DNA of 62,092 nucleotides, counting the filler, from Choristocarpus tenellus KU-1152 (Eukaryota; Protista; Phaeophyceae): assembly GCA_964200185.2 (NCBI GenBank). It is 13 parts of 13 records of this genome, joined end to end, with 100 filler letters (N's around TTAATTAATTAA, not from the genome) between each part and the next. Parts side by side here need not be neighbours in the genome. Positions count along the whole stretch, not along the records: positions 1 to 9,727 come from CAXNAD020003450.1; positions 9,828 to 17,573 come from CAXNAD020005649.1; 11 more parts are not named here. The stretch is one strand, 5' to 3'. This document shows positions 1 through 11,238 of this stretch, piece after piece. The notes below the pieces were generated by a model. The model was not told the origin of the DNA. It did no database searches and was given only the letters and a program-made list of their open reading frames with translations. Numbering within the stretch: the stretch's first letter is position 1; each line of letters opens with the position of its first letter. Position numbers and translations under genes: made by a program.

Positions 1-2379
1 GTGGGTGTTTGAGGATGGGGCTGAGGGGGTGGGGGGGAGGGGGGGGGGGGGGAGAGGGGAGGCATGTAGTCCAAAAATTCAACCCACCAGGTTCTTTGGT
101 GAATGTAGGCTGAGCAAGGTGCATGGGGATCATTACAATACACGTCTCTACTCCTGCTCTGATCATTTGAAGTTTGGACATGTTGGTGTTTGCACAGCAA
201 TGGCCAACCTCTGGGAGTCATTCCTTGACGATGAAGGGCCACGGTTCTGCAAGGTATGCCTAAAAGATCAAGTCCATACGCCATTCCTGGGCAACCTATG
301 TACATTTCCCAACAGTTGGCACATAGACAGTCCTTTAATCTATTGTACGGATTTGCACCTCTTTGACAGGAACATGTCTCTAAATGCTTACTGTCAATGT
401 AGAAATACCTCCCTGTTTTTTCCAGGAGTGTGCAAAAGCTGACTACACACTATAGTAGTCTACACACTATAGTAGTAAGGCCTTTCGGGTGTTCTCACCC
501 AACTGACTACACACATCTAGTTGTATTGGCAGCTACAAGATATCTCTTGTTGACAATACACTGGGTTGGTGTAGTTATTTGATCTAGATTGCCCCTCAGG
601 AGGCTTAGCTTGGTTTGGGAGGGACGGAGGGGGCACTGACCTAATACATCTTGCTTGTCTGTGTAAGGTCTGTGCATCTGACTTGTGCCACAGAAAGGAA
701 CAGGGGGTACCCATGTATCAAGTTGAAGACGGTATCATTGCAATACATAAGGTTTCTGAAACCAGGTCTAGAGTGTGAGGCATGAGCTGTTACTGCCTCA
801 TGGAGTGGAGTCACATCTTAGGATAAGGTTGTATGTGAGTTGTATTTCGTGCACCCCTTTCCTTTCCCTCACATGAGATAATCGATGGAAATGGAGGGTT
901 CGACACGCCTGAGTTGAATGTGATGTGGGTCGACCTGTTGGCCAATGTCGTCTCCTCCTCTGATCATGGGTGGGAATCTGCGTGTGAAATTTGTCACTGC
1001 AAGCCAGAACCCGGTGGCTAATTGTGTACACATTCTCCCATTTTCATTGGACACTGTGGGCACAAGGTTTCATTGGTTGGAAAAGCAAGCACGAATTCAC
1101 GCAAGGTCTTTGGACCAAGTTTGAACCCTAGACTGGAAGAGAAGTTGCTGGTCACAAGAGACATGTAGACATGGTGCTGTAATGTTGCCCACCCGAACGT
1201 GTGCATATGTGCAGGTCTAGAATCAGAGATGATATAACATTTGCTAGGAGATGCCTCATACTGGACAGAAAAGAATAAATCACTTCTTCAACACTTCTTC
1301 AACATTAGTGTGAGAGAAAGAAAAAATGGGATCTGTGCTTGGTAGAAGCAGTGTTGATATTTTGGAGAGAGAGGTATCACTCTGCTGGCCTTCGTCTTTA
1401 TCCACAGATGAAGAGTTTGATTGCATTTGAATACTTTGGTGGCAAATTGTAAACGCTTGGTGGGTTCCATGCTGGGGAGGTCAGGTCTGGTCAGGTCCGG
1501 TCAGGTCAGTAGTTATCTAGAGCGCAGAGGTGTGAAGTGTTTTACACCAAGACAATATTGTTTTTAAGTCACTAGTCTTAATATTTGGATGCAGTCTTGT
1601 TGGTGCCCATCTAGGAAGTAATTCTTGGGGTGGAACTGTGTTGGAGCGGTTCCAATTGGTTGCCTTGCTCTCCTTGGGGTCAGTGAGGGCAACAAAGCAT
1701 TTTCTAACCTGATCGTACTGGTTGTATAAGGTAAGGGATCTAACCTGATATTTTCTTTTCCATGGGATTTCCTTCGAAGCCTTCTTTTGGATCAGTGAAT
1801 CTCCAAGCTAGGTGCATTGAATTTTGCAGGGTTGTTTGTGTGTCACGAGGAGACTGGAGACTGGAGACTGGTTTGAGGTGATGTGCCGGTAACACATAGT
1901 AGTATGTTGCTTTTTAGGGTTTTCGGTTCCTATAAGCTTCCACTTTATGGTTTTGGTATTTGTTGTGGGCGTGTCTGCCCTTCAGAGCTTCGTCTGTTTC
2001 TTTCCACACTTGAGTTACGTCCCCCCATACATAGCCAGTGTGAATACCATGGTGAGAGGCTCAGAGGTCAAAGTGTCAAGGGAGGGGGGTGTTCACCATG
2101 ACGAAGTATGTCTGGGAAACATCAAACGATCACTCCACCAAAAGGATAGTGGCTGATGTAGGTCTTAAGGCGATGTTTGGGCTTAGAGAAGAAACCAAAA
2201 GATTCTGGTAAACATGTGAGGAACATGGGCAGATATTTTGAGGTTCATTCACAGAGAGGATCCTCTGTGAATGTTACCGGGCCTTAGGTTGTTTGTGAAT
2301 GGCAAAGACAGTTTTGCACTACAGTGTGCGTGATGAGAGTATGAGTATGCATGCTTGAGTGGTTCTATACAAAGATTAA

Positions 2380-2630
2380 GAGTGAAAGTATCTTAGAGGG
2401 TACGAGTTTTGCCCTGTTTGTTACATGGCTTAACATGTTATTTTTAATGACATACTACCTCCTCCAAAATGTTTTTTAGTAGTAAAATGTATACGTTTTG
2501 AAAAAATGTGTCCGGAACAAGGATATTGACATCTCCTAACAATCATGATAGCCAAAATTACATCAAAATTGCAACATTGGATTTTGGCCCCCAAATGGAC
2601 GTGACTCTACTCTCTAAGATACTTTGACTC
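2380..2630 (+). mobile_element. MITE family A, complete copy (251 bp)
   Basis: TIRs GAGTGAAAGTATCTTAGAG ... CTCTAAGATACTTTGACTC; TAA on both flanks; homologous copies at 9659-9727 (cut by contig end), 54603-54859 and 57080-57333. Confidence 0.9.
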
Positions 2631-2729
2631 TAACTTTGGAAGGTAACCTGTCCCTGATGTTACCAGCGACTATTAAGTTACCCATGTTTAAAATTTTGCT
2701 GTGATTTATGGAATACAAGAATGTGATAA

Positions 2730-2765
<36 letters not shown>

Positions 2766-3070
2766 TATCCAACCCTGAGATGTGAATGTGTGTTACTGGG
2801 GGGTTTTGCAGCTAAGAAGAGTACAGTGGGTGTGGGAAAGGATGTTTCAGGGCAAGATGCATTCCACTGACTTGATTTATGCAATAAATATAATACATAA
2901 TCACATGCTGTTTCTTTGATGCAAATACAAGTTTCTGCTTGTAGAAGTTGAGAGGGAACACACATACACACACACAACCATGAGAACCCAATGATAGACA
3001 TCCCCCCCACTTCCCCTTCCCCCCCAAAAAATCTCATTGTTGTTTCTTCCACTGGGGTGGGTTGTGACAG

Positions 3071-3212
3071 AGCCCGAGAGTTGTCCCTGGACTCCAGTCG
3101 AGATTCTCCGTTTTCCCTTCTGGCCAAGGAAAATGACATAATGTGGGGGGGGGGCATGCCCGATGATATTACCGTCGTTGCCATGAGAGTTATTGCAAAG
3201 GGTGGGTCTGCG
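3071..3212 (+). CDS. Exon of a PP2C phosphatase, PTC7/PPTC7-like (C-terminal part)
   Basis: Translates ARELSLDSSRDSPFSLLAKENDIMWGGGMPDDITVVAMRV, matching the PTC7-family SPF...GG.DDITV motif; bounded by acceptor tgacAG (ends 3070) and donor GTGAGT (3213). Confidence 0.85.
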
Positions 3213-4842
3213 GTGAGTAATAGAAATGAGGGTACAAAAAATATTGACACAGCATTATGCCATTAGATGTGCCTGCAAGCACTGTCACAAGATGGCACAT
3301 ACTTCTTGTTTACACTCACCTTATTTTTATTTCTTTTTGTGATTGAAGCTTTGGTGCCTGGTATGATAATAATGATATTATAATGATTTCACCCGTTGAT
3401 ACCATCGGGTGAGGTCATGGTGCAGAAGTATCTTTTTTTTGTATGGGGGTAGTTGTTAATTTTTATGTGTATTTTGTATTTTGTAGGTGTATATAGAATA
3501 ACCCTAACCTTAGTCTGAGAAGCAGGTCACTGCCATTGTCATCATTGCTGTCAATCATTGTGGATGTCTTTGAATGGATAGAGAGGTGGCAGGTTGGTAA
3601 GCACAGCATGACTGTGAGAGATGCCAGAGGCGGTATGATGGACTTAGCTTGTATTGTGATGTAAGTCACATTGCCTCCCCTACCCGGTGAGCCCCCTGCA
3701 TTTGGTCAGCGATGGTCTTTGATATGTTACTATTGTAATTTCTTAATATAGACATCATTTTCAAGTCTTGTGTATGTTAACACTGTAATGCTACAGAGTA
3801 ATAATTTTGAGCTTTGGAACTTTTTTTTTTAATTCATCGTGAGAACAATGTTGATTCGTCAAGTTTTGATTTGTGTAAAAATTGACTCTTCCTCACCCTC
3901 TAACCGAAACATACCTGTATCATACCTTGAATCGTCTGGGTATGATAAATCAGTTGCCTTTGGGTCTTTCTCAACCTTGAAAGTACGAAATCACCTGCTG
4001 TCGAAGAGTCAATCATGCGCCCAAGTTTGGAAACACAATTTTGAAGGCTAACTTGAGTTTAAATGTTTTTGTAGGCAAGAGTCTGGGGCTAGGGTACTTG
4101 GCATTGTTGTGTTTGTATCTTGGTTGGTATATAACCCTGTTATCATGCTAAGTATTGGCCTGTCAGAACCTTGTGCAAACAGCATGTTGGAAGAAACCAG
4201 ACCATACCATTATGTTTGATGCCGTGGATATTAGAAGTGGTAATGCATTTCTTATCAATTACTTTCATGGAAAGTGGGGGCTTGTGTTGTGACAGTCTTA
4301 AAATGAGAATGGTTCCATTAGCACTAGGTACCCTGAAACCTCAGGAAAATCAATTGCTTAGTTTTGCGTGAGATTTCCTTGTAGAAGGTTACAAGAATCA
4401 GGGTTTGTTTCGGAATTGGTGTGAATGGAGTTGTACCTGAGGAACATGTAGGCGGGTATCGTTTGTAAGAACATAGTCGCCTACAGTACACCTACATAGA
4501 GTATGCATCAGCGGAAACAACTCAAGACGTTGCCCCTTTCCCTGCTATGTATGGACATGATACAACGGCCCCAGGTATTCAGAAGTGTCTTGGATGATGC
4601 ATGTTCTTGGTTGTGTCCTGAGGTCGATTCCTGTTGAAATGTGGTCTAATTTTAACTTTTTCAGGATCTCTCATAGGCTCAATTTGACCCGGTATTTTTT
4701 TTTTAGATGTGGGTTCATTCATGCCGTGTGATAGGGGCTCCACCCAACAACTCCTCAGGCGTTCTTAGCTCTATGTGAAAACCACTCCGTAGATGATGCT
4801 TTTTTGCAATTCTCCCGCCTCAACCTTACACTGTCATACATA

Positions 4843-4865
4843 TTAGGGTTAGGGTTAGGGTTAGG
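4843..4865 (+). repeat. Interstitial telomeric repeat (TTAGGG)n
   Basis: ttagggttagggttagggttagg; similar short arrays near 11865, 13511, 30858, 31900, 33448, 37966, 42169 and 56205. Confidence 0.9.
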
Positions 4866-7351
4866 TGTTCAACGCTACGAGCCATTGAGTCTGCGGAAGA
4901 GATATTGAGCTTCAAAACTTGATCTTTTTCATGTGGTTCTTGTGTTGCATATTTGTTCAAGTGGTGCTCCTGTTACAGTGTTCTTGGACCACGTGTTGCA
5001 ACTGGTCCGATTTTACTTGACCCCTCTCACCAACTTATCTTTTTATCGTATAAATCATGTTTGGTGCACACCTTCTGTCCAAAAAAAGGTACAGCTTGAA
5101 GGAGTTGCAGGTGATGGAAACGCAAGAGAGGCAGCTGTATGATCAGGGAGGCATGTAACGTTTGCTTAGACGACAGCGGGAGTTTGTGTGTGATGCTTCA
5201 GAGTTTTCTGTAATCCATCTGATTCCTTTTTAAAGAAATTCTTCCCCATGTAGAGTCAACTAGTGGGTGGGTTAGACTGCAGTGTGCCAGAAATGTCCAC
5301 AATGGGGTTAACCCCGTGCATAGTGTGAAGGTGTGTTAAAGTTGATGGTTCCAGGACTGGTGTATAAAATTCTTGATTTGTCCTTGTTAAGCTGGAGAGA
5401 AGGAATGGGATAAAGGCGACGTCACCCAGATAGTTAGGACTGTTCTTGCGATCTATCATCTTTGTTGCCACCCTATCTGAACCAACAACCCTTTGAACGT
5501 TCATCACTGGTCTGTTGTCGATTGGACATGAGCCCCTGTGTATCTATTAGTGAAACGTATCTTCCTATTCTGCATAGTAGGACCGTTCCAATATTGACTC
5601 TTACCGGTCAACGTTCTACTACTGTTCTATAGAAGTGAGTCAATCACATTGCTTCTCTCTGCTATCGGCCCTCTTGTTTCATATTTTTTGACAAGGCGGC
5701 CTGATACACATGCTTGCATGCATGTACTGATGACAGGAATTGAAATGTAACCTCGTCCCACCATAGATAACACCATTTGTTAGTGTTGGTGCTGGTTCGT
5801 AAGTAGTGTTGTTCCAAGGTCCAGTTGCAGAGATGACTACTGGGCTTAGGTATACTGAAAGGTGCAGGGGTGTGCCTTGTCTGGTATGGTGGTGTTGGTA
5901 GGTGAAAGTAGTCAAGATGAGAGTTACGCAGTTGAGTACAACCAATGAGGAATCATAGTATTATCTTGATGGAGTTGAATGGTAATATGGCATGGGTTGA
6001 GTCCACGTCAATGATCGGTCCCACCTGCACCTGTCTGTTATTGACAGAGATCTGTTCGGCTTATTACAGGTAGTCCTTCCATTGTTTTTGCAGAGGGATT
6101 TCCTGCATTACAGTCATCTTTCCCTTTACCCTCAGTTATTTACCCCACCTATACTTTCCCTGAGGTCTTGCACTGCCTTTTGGCTTTTGTTTTCTGCATC
6201 TTGGCTTGGGTTTCCTGTGTGTTAAGTTATTCCTCTTATTTGGGACCAGGCACCTCTCTATTTAGTAGTAGTACAAGGGTGTACCTTTAGGAAGGGGAAT
6301 GGCTGTTTGTCATGTTTTTGGAGGGAGGGGTTGAAGAGGAATGGTGACATAGAAAAAGACAACATGAACTATTTTTGTTGTTGATGATGCTTCTCTGAAG
6401 TGGGCAGTGGACTATTTGGGGAACCCAGGTAGTCACAGGAAGTGTCTTTTTTTTAGTTATAGGTTGCCCTTGCCTCTCCCCCTTCAAGAACTGCTCATCG
6501 CTGTACTCCTCCTTTGAAACTTCTGGTGTGTACTGTAGAAGATTTGTTGTCAATTGAGGAAGGTTGTGATTGTGTGATTGATCTCAGGCAACCACTGTCT
6601 GGTGGTTTTATATTTGCAGTCGCTCCCAAGATAATCCACCCGGTGTTACTTTTTGCACTTATCCTTCCCCTATTTACAAATTAACTACCCTGAAGTTAGC
6701 ATTACATTTATTTTGCAGTGGTGCCCAGTGCACCTAGGTACCTGACAAATACTGCTTTGGTTTTTTGGATACCTGACTGCGGTAGGAGGGCAACGACCAG
6801 AAGAAGCAGTGAGTGCCATAGTGATACTATGTGGAAGAGAGGGTTTGTACTGTGAGACACTTGAGAGCTAACGGTTTTGATGTATATACTCAACGGAAAA
6901 TGTCGCACAAGAACTAAGAGTTTTTTGGTTTTTGTGGCATGTAGGAATCCCTCCCCCACCGCCATGATGGTTTTGTACTCTAGGAACAACAGGCACATTA
7001 TTGTGTTGTGCACGAGGTTAGGATGGGAAAGTGTGTGTGTGTGATGTGAGCAACAGTATTTGCTGACTTATTTTTTTTGTTATGTGATATTTTGCCTCGT
7101 GAGAGGTTACAGAGGTTGTACACGCATGTGTTTGATATGAGTAGATATGGGCGAGCAAAATAGGAGGCAAAATACATTCATATATGAATGTAATATTGAG
7201 ATTTGTTATTACCATACATACTTTTGCTATAATGCATGGGGTCCTTTTGCACTTCCCTTTGTCCTTCTTGGAAGGCTTGTCCCTCGGGGCATGTACACGG
7301 TTCTCACTTGGCCTCACACTATGGTTGTACACGTTCCCTGGTACTTTCGAC

Positions 7352-7920
7352 TCAGTTCTGCCGCTGTCCACTGAATGGGCGTTCGGGGACATCCCTGTGG
7401 CACTCCTGACAGACGTGTACTCCGAGTCCTTGCCTAGCCGCACCCCTCACGTCCTCCACAGGAAGTTCCTCTGGACATATGAAAGCGTTACAAACGGGTC
7501 GACCCCCATCGCCTTCAGAGTCATGTTCCGAGGGTGTGAATGTATGCCTCCCCCCTCGTAGAGTCCTGCTTCCCGTCCCTACTGCAGGGCTAGGCGATGG
7601 GCTATCTTGTTCCTCTTCAGCATCTGGTGGGTTGGGTCTTCCACGAGGTATAGGCATGGACACGCCACCAGCTAACGTTGTCTTCGCCAACGTAAAATTG
7701 CGGAAGGCGGAGAGTTCGTCTATGAAGAGTTGGATATGATCCGGATCGAGGTTATCCCCGAGGGTGGTGCATGTGATTACCATGGCTCCTGGTCGGGTCT
7801 GGAGAAGGGCGACTTCTCTCTCATGGGTGGCGCTCGTTTCGGACTTGAACTTGGTAAGGTCGTGCTCGGACGTGGCGTTTTTCTCTGGCATGATCACAAT
7901 GTTTGTGACTCGTGTTATCT
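7352..7920 (-). CDS. Unknown protein exon/ORF (about 180 aa, ATG at 7891) with a C-terminal Cys/His cluster
   Basis: GC/CpG-rich open frame preceded on the minus strand by a CTAAC branch site (near 7985), a pyrimidine tract and ttacAG; ends VCNAFIC...HVCQECH; family not recognised. Confidence 0.45.
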
Positions 7921-8506
7921 CTGTAATGATGGAGGAGTAGGCAAAGGACGTGGCGAAGTAGGAGGGAAAACAAGGGTAAGAGGGGTTAGCGTTAGGAGGC
8001 AAGGGATGAGAGAGAGGTTCGTGTGAAGGAGTAAGCGGGGCAGGATACAGAAGAGGATGCGGGGGCTGAGGAAAGGATGGATGGACCATAGTACTAGTGG
8101 TTCTTTAAAGGTGTCTTGATTATTCGAGCCCACAAAATAGGACGAATAGGACTGGCAACATAGGGTGAAGAAGATGCGTACAGGACTAGCATGTAACCGC
8201 GACATAATTTCTCTTCTTTTGCCGGGTTCTGTCGATCGGTACAATACAGCGAAATTTTGAAACAATGTGTTCGATGAGCGACTTCGCACCCTTCGAAAGA
8301 ACCGGAGAACCCTGTGACAATGTTGGTTGTGAAACTGTCAAACGTCGGTAGGATCTGTGAGAGTCTAGGTTGTGTGTTTGGTGCGGGGAACCATGTTTGG
8401 ATGTTAAACTATGGCGATGTTGTACAATGATGTAATTGCTTGCCTGTGTTCGTCACTGGTGTTCAGGGTAACGCCCTCAGAATATTTGATGATGTTCAGG
8501 TATTTT

Positions 8507-8607
8507 CTGGTTGGTCATCAAATGGGAAATAGAGAATAGAGGAATGGCAAACTAGGAATGAGCAAATAATAATAATAATCCAGCATTCGTGAGCAAAACA
8601 AACTTCA
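8507..8607 (+). repeat. Dispersed repeat ending in (AAT)n-CCAG
   Basis: Near-identical to about 10274-10372; related degenerate tandem motif (cgcactggttggtca) at about 17740-18060. Confidence 0.7.
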
Positions 8608-9727
8608 CACCATATGTCTGTCACAAAATGCTCGTATATCCTGAAACATGAGGATAAAATGCTCGTGCTATTCGCGTGTAATAAATGCTTGCACTTCGTT
8701 GAAATACAAGAAGAAACGCTCACGCTATTCGCCAATAACACATATCGTGCAGTAAATGGATTGGATAACCAGTTAAATTCTCGTCCCTCGTGTATTGACT
8801 TGAGAATTTGTATTTACTGTTATCATACTCCTTTGTATAGTCTGTACATCATGCATTGCCGTCATGTCGTAACCTATCGTTTCAGTAAAGAGATTATCGT
8901 GTGTGTGTGTGGTACAGATCACGGCCAATATTTTTGTTTGTTTAATTGTGTGTTTGTGTACTTATTTTTTAAGACTAGTGTATCTTGGACAGATCTCGCG
9001 GTACCCACATATGATAATCCTTTACATAGGTTGTCCATCTAGTATAAACAAATCGTTTGTGTGTCATTTTGTCATTGATGGGTATAGTCTATGGTTTTGT
9101 GAAGAGACGAGATAACTGGTATCAGATGTCAGTTAACCTGTTCACAACCAGTTCTGACGTGGCATCTCGTGTTTACCAGGTTTGTCGATCCTTGCAAATA
9201 GACTACATAAATGTTGGTGGATTTAGATAAATTAATATACAATTAATTTTATCTCTCAACTCTCCTCGTTTGCATGAGTGGACACATGCGGTGGTGAAGA
9301 GACCGTGTTATAACCAGGCACATGAATATAATAGCACTTGTGTCCTAAAGGTGACTGTTCATGATATCATGTCACGCTTTTATGAAATGGATTTATTGAT
9401 CATCGTGAAATGACTAATCCCATCCTAAAAGAGAAAAAGAAATGAAGATTCAAGTTTACCACCAGGTAAGAGATGGAGACTTCAGGTGAGCCATACATGT
9501 TACTCTTTTTTTTTTTCGTGTGGCATGATTCCCCTGACATGATGTAATGACCGAACAGTAACCTCGTATCGTTTTAGGAGAGTTGAGCCACCAACATCGT
9601 ACGTTCGTCGGAGTTGTCCACTTGGAATATTGGAGTCGTGAACAATATTCCAATCGAAGAGTGAAAGTATCTTAGAGGGTACGAGTTTTGCCCTGTTTGT
9701 CCATTTGGGGCTTGGCTTCCCATGGGG

Positions 9728-9827
9728 NNNNNNNNNNNNNNNNNNNNNNNNNNNNNNNNNNNNNNNNNNNNTTAATTAATTAANNNNNNNNNNNNNNNNN
9801 NNNNNNNNNNNNNNNNNNNNNNNNNNN
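9728..9827. other. Artificial contig spacer (N44-TTAATTAATTAA-N44)
   Basis: Identical 100-nt spacers also start at 17574, 21542, 24604, 29721, 35432, 38165, 41952, 45176, 49083, 53834 and 58900; the core gives stops in all six frames. Confidence 0.99.
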
Positions 9828-10463
9828 GCAAGCACGGGGGTATCAGAATTAGTAATACAGCGGGAAGGAAGATGGAAGTCGAGGGCTTATATGATATATG
9901 TAAGGGCAAACCAGAAGGACCCAGTGTCAGTGTCAAAGGGCTTGGCAGAGAGTAGGAAGGATTGGGTACAACCAGGTCAGGAGGTAACAGGGATGAGATA
10001 GAAGAAATCAACCCCGAAAGGGGAGGGGAGGTCAAGTTACAGCGGGGTAGATGTCTTCTAGCTCAAAGGCACGGTTTGAAGTGGATCATGAAGGGGTGTT
10101 CTTGGATGATTGTGGAGTGGTGTTGAGTGGTGTGAGAACTGCTGTGGGGTTGACGGGAGTGGTAACTTTTGTGGGTTGAAAGGATGGCTGGTAAGCAGTG
10201 ACGAAGGGCATTCGCACTGGTTGGTCATCAAATGTGGGGATGGCTGGTAATCGTTGACGAAGGGCAGTCGCAATGGTTGGTCATCAAATGGGGAATAGAG
10301 AATAGAGGAATGGCAAATCAGGAATGAGTAAATAATAATAATAATCCAGAATTCGTGAGCAAACCAAACTTTCAAAATCGAGGAATTTTCACTAACCCAC
10401 CAAAATAAAAGAGGTTCCGTCCACTTTCCAGAACAATCGGGCAATAATCTAGCATGTCCTCTT

Positions 10464-10697
10464 CCATATCCACTAGGTATTGAACCAATCCATCTCCGGC
10501 GTCTAGACCAGGCCAGACTTTCTCTTACATATCCGGACCATGTCCAATGCGTATTGTACCGCTCCGTGTCCACCAACCAGACAGGGTTAAGTATTCTCTA
10601 ACATTTCCAGATCATTGCCACTGGGTATCGTACCAGTCCATGTCCACCTACCACACAGTCTAACTTTTTCCTTTGCATATCCGGACCATGTCCACGA
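10464..10697 (+). repeat. Degenerate tandem repeat, about 74-bp unit, about 3 copies
   Basis: Recurrent catatccggaccatgtcca...gtat(t/c)gtacc...gtccacc blocks. Confidence 0.6.
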
Positions 10698-10869
10698 CAT
10701 GTTCTACAAATCCAGTTGTCAGTTTCATTTGGCCTTTCCATGCGATGAATAATGATAATGTGTTCGACATATTGAAGGATAAGTTATACTCCATTATATG
10801 CATATAGAGCACTCTTTTAAATTATCTCGAGACCTCCTTGGTTCGAAATCATTTGGAACTTACATTTCT

Positions 10870-11238
10870 GTATATATTATTATACCCTCTAATATTTTGG
10901 ATGTGTATGAGGGAAAAAACCAAAGCAATATCACAAGGACTAATGTAAAAGTAAGAGTTGTAAATGTGAAAGATGTCTCTCTACAATATATTTAAGATTT
11001 TAATATCTGCTATTCTACAGGCACTCCGTTAGAGCTTGGAAATTACAATGTTAAGTGTACATTGCTGCTATGCCTCCAACCTATCTCATCCTTACACAAC
11101 TGGGTGAGGAGCTAGGGAACCATCCCAAGAAGCTGACAGGCCCCTCCTTGCACATCTGGTTGGTGTCTCTAACTTGAAACACATGAAACTATCTCAAGAG
11201 ATTCACTTGTATTGTGACAGACACTATCTGTCATAATG
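10870..11238 (-). mobile_element. Degraded 3' fragment of CRE-like non-LTR retrotransposon
   Basis: Reverse complement resembles 19500-19817, including the tail (tattattataccctct at about 10875). Confidence 0.7.

Noticed and set aside
100-1470. Minus-strand Gypsy-like gag/protease relic
   Set aside because: Only vague motif hints across several frames; not enough to call.
3383-3418. SECIS element
   Set aside because: It starts with ATGA but lacks the apical AA and the non-Watson-Crick GA quartet geometry.
5256-6553. Copia gag/protease relic (LGDVAFIPFLLSSL)
   Set aside because: One weak motif; the remainder is too degraded.
9772-10035. ORFs ending in XXX-LIN or XXX-N
   Set aside because: Artefacts of reading into the N/TTAATTAATTAA spacer.
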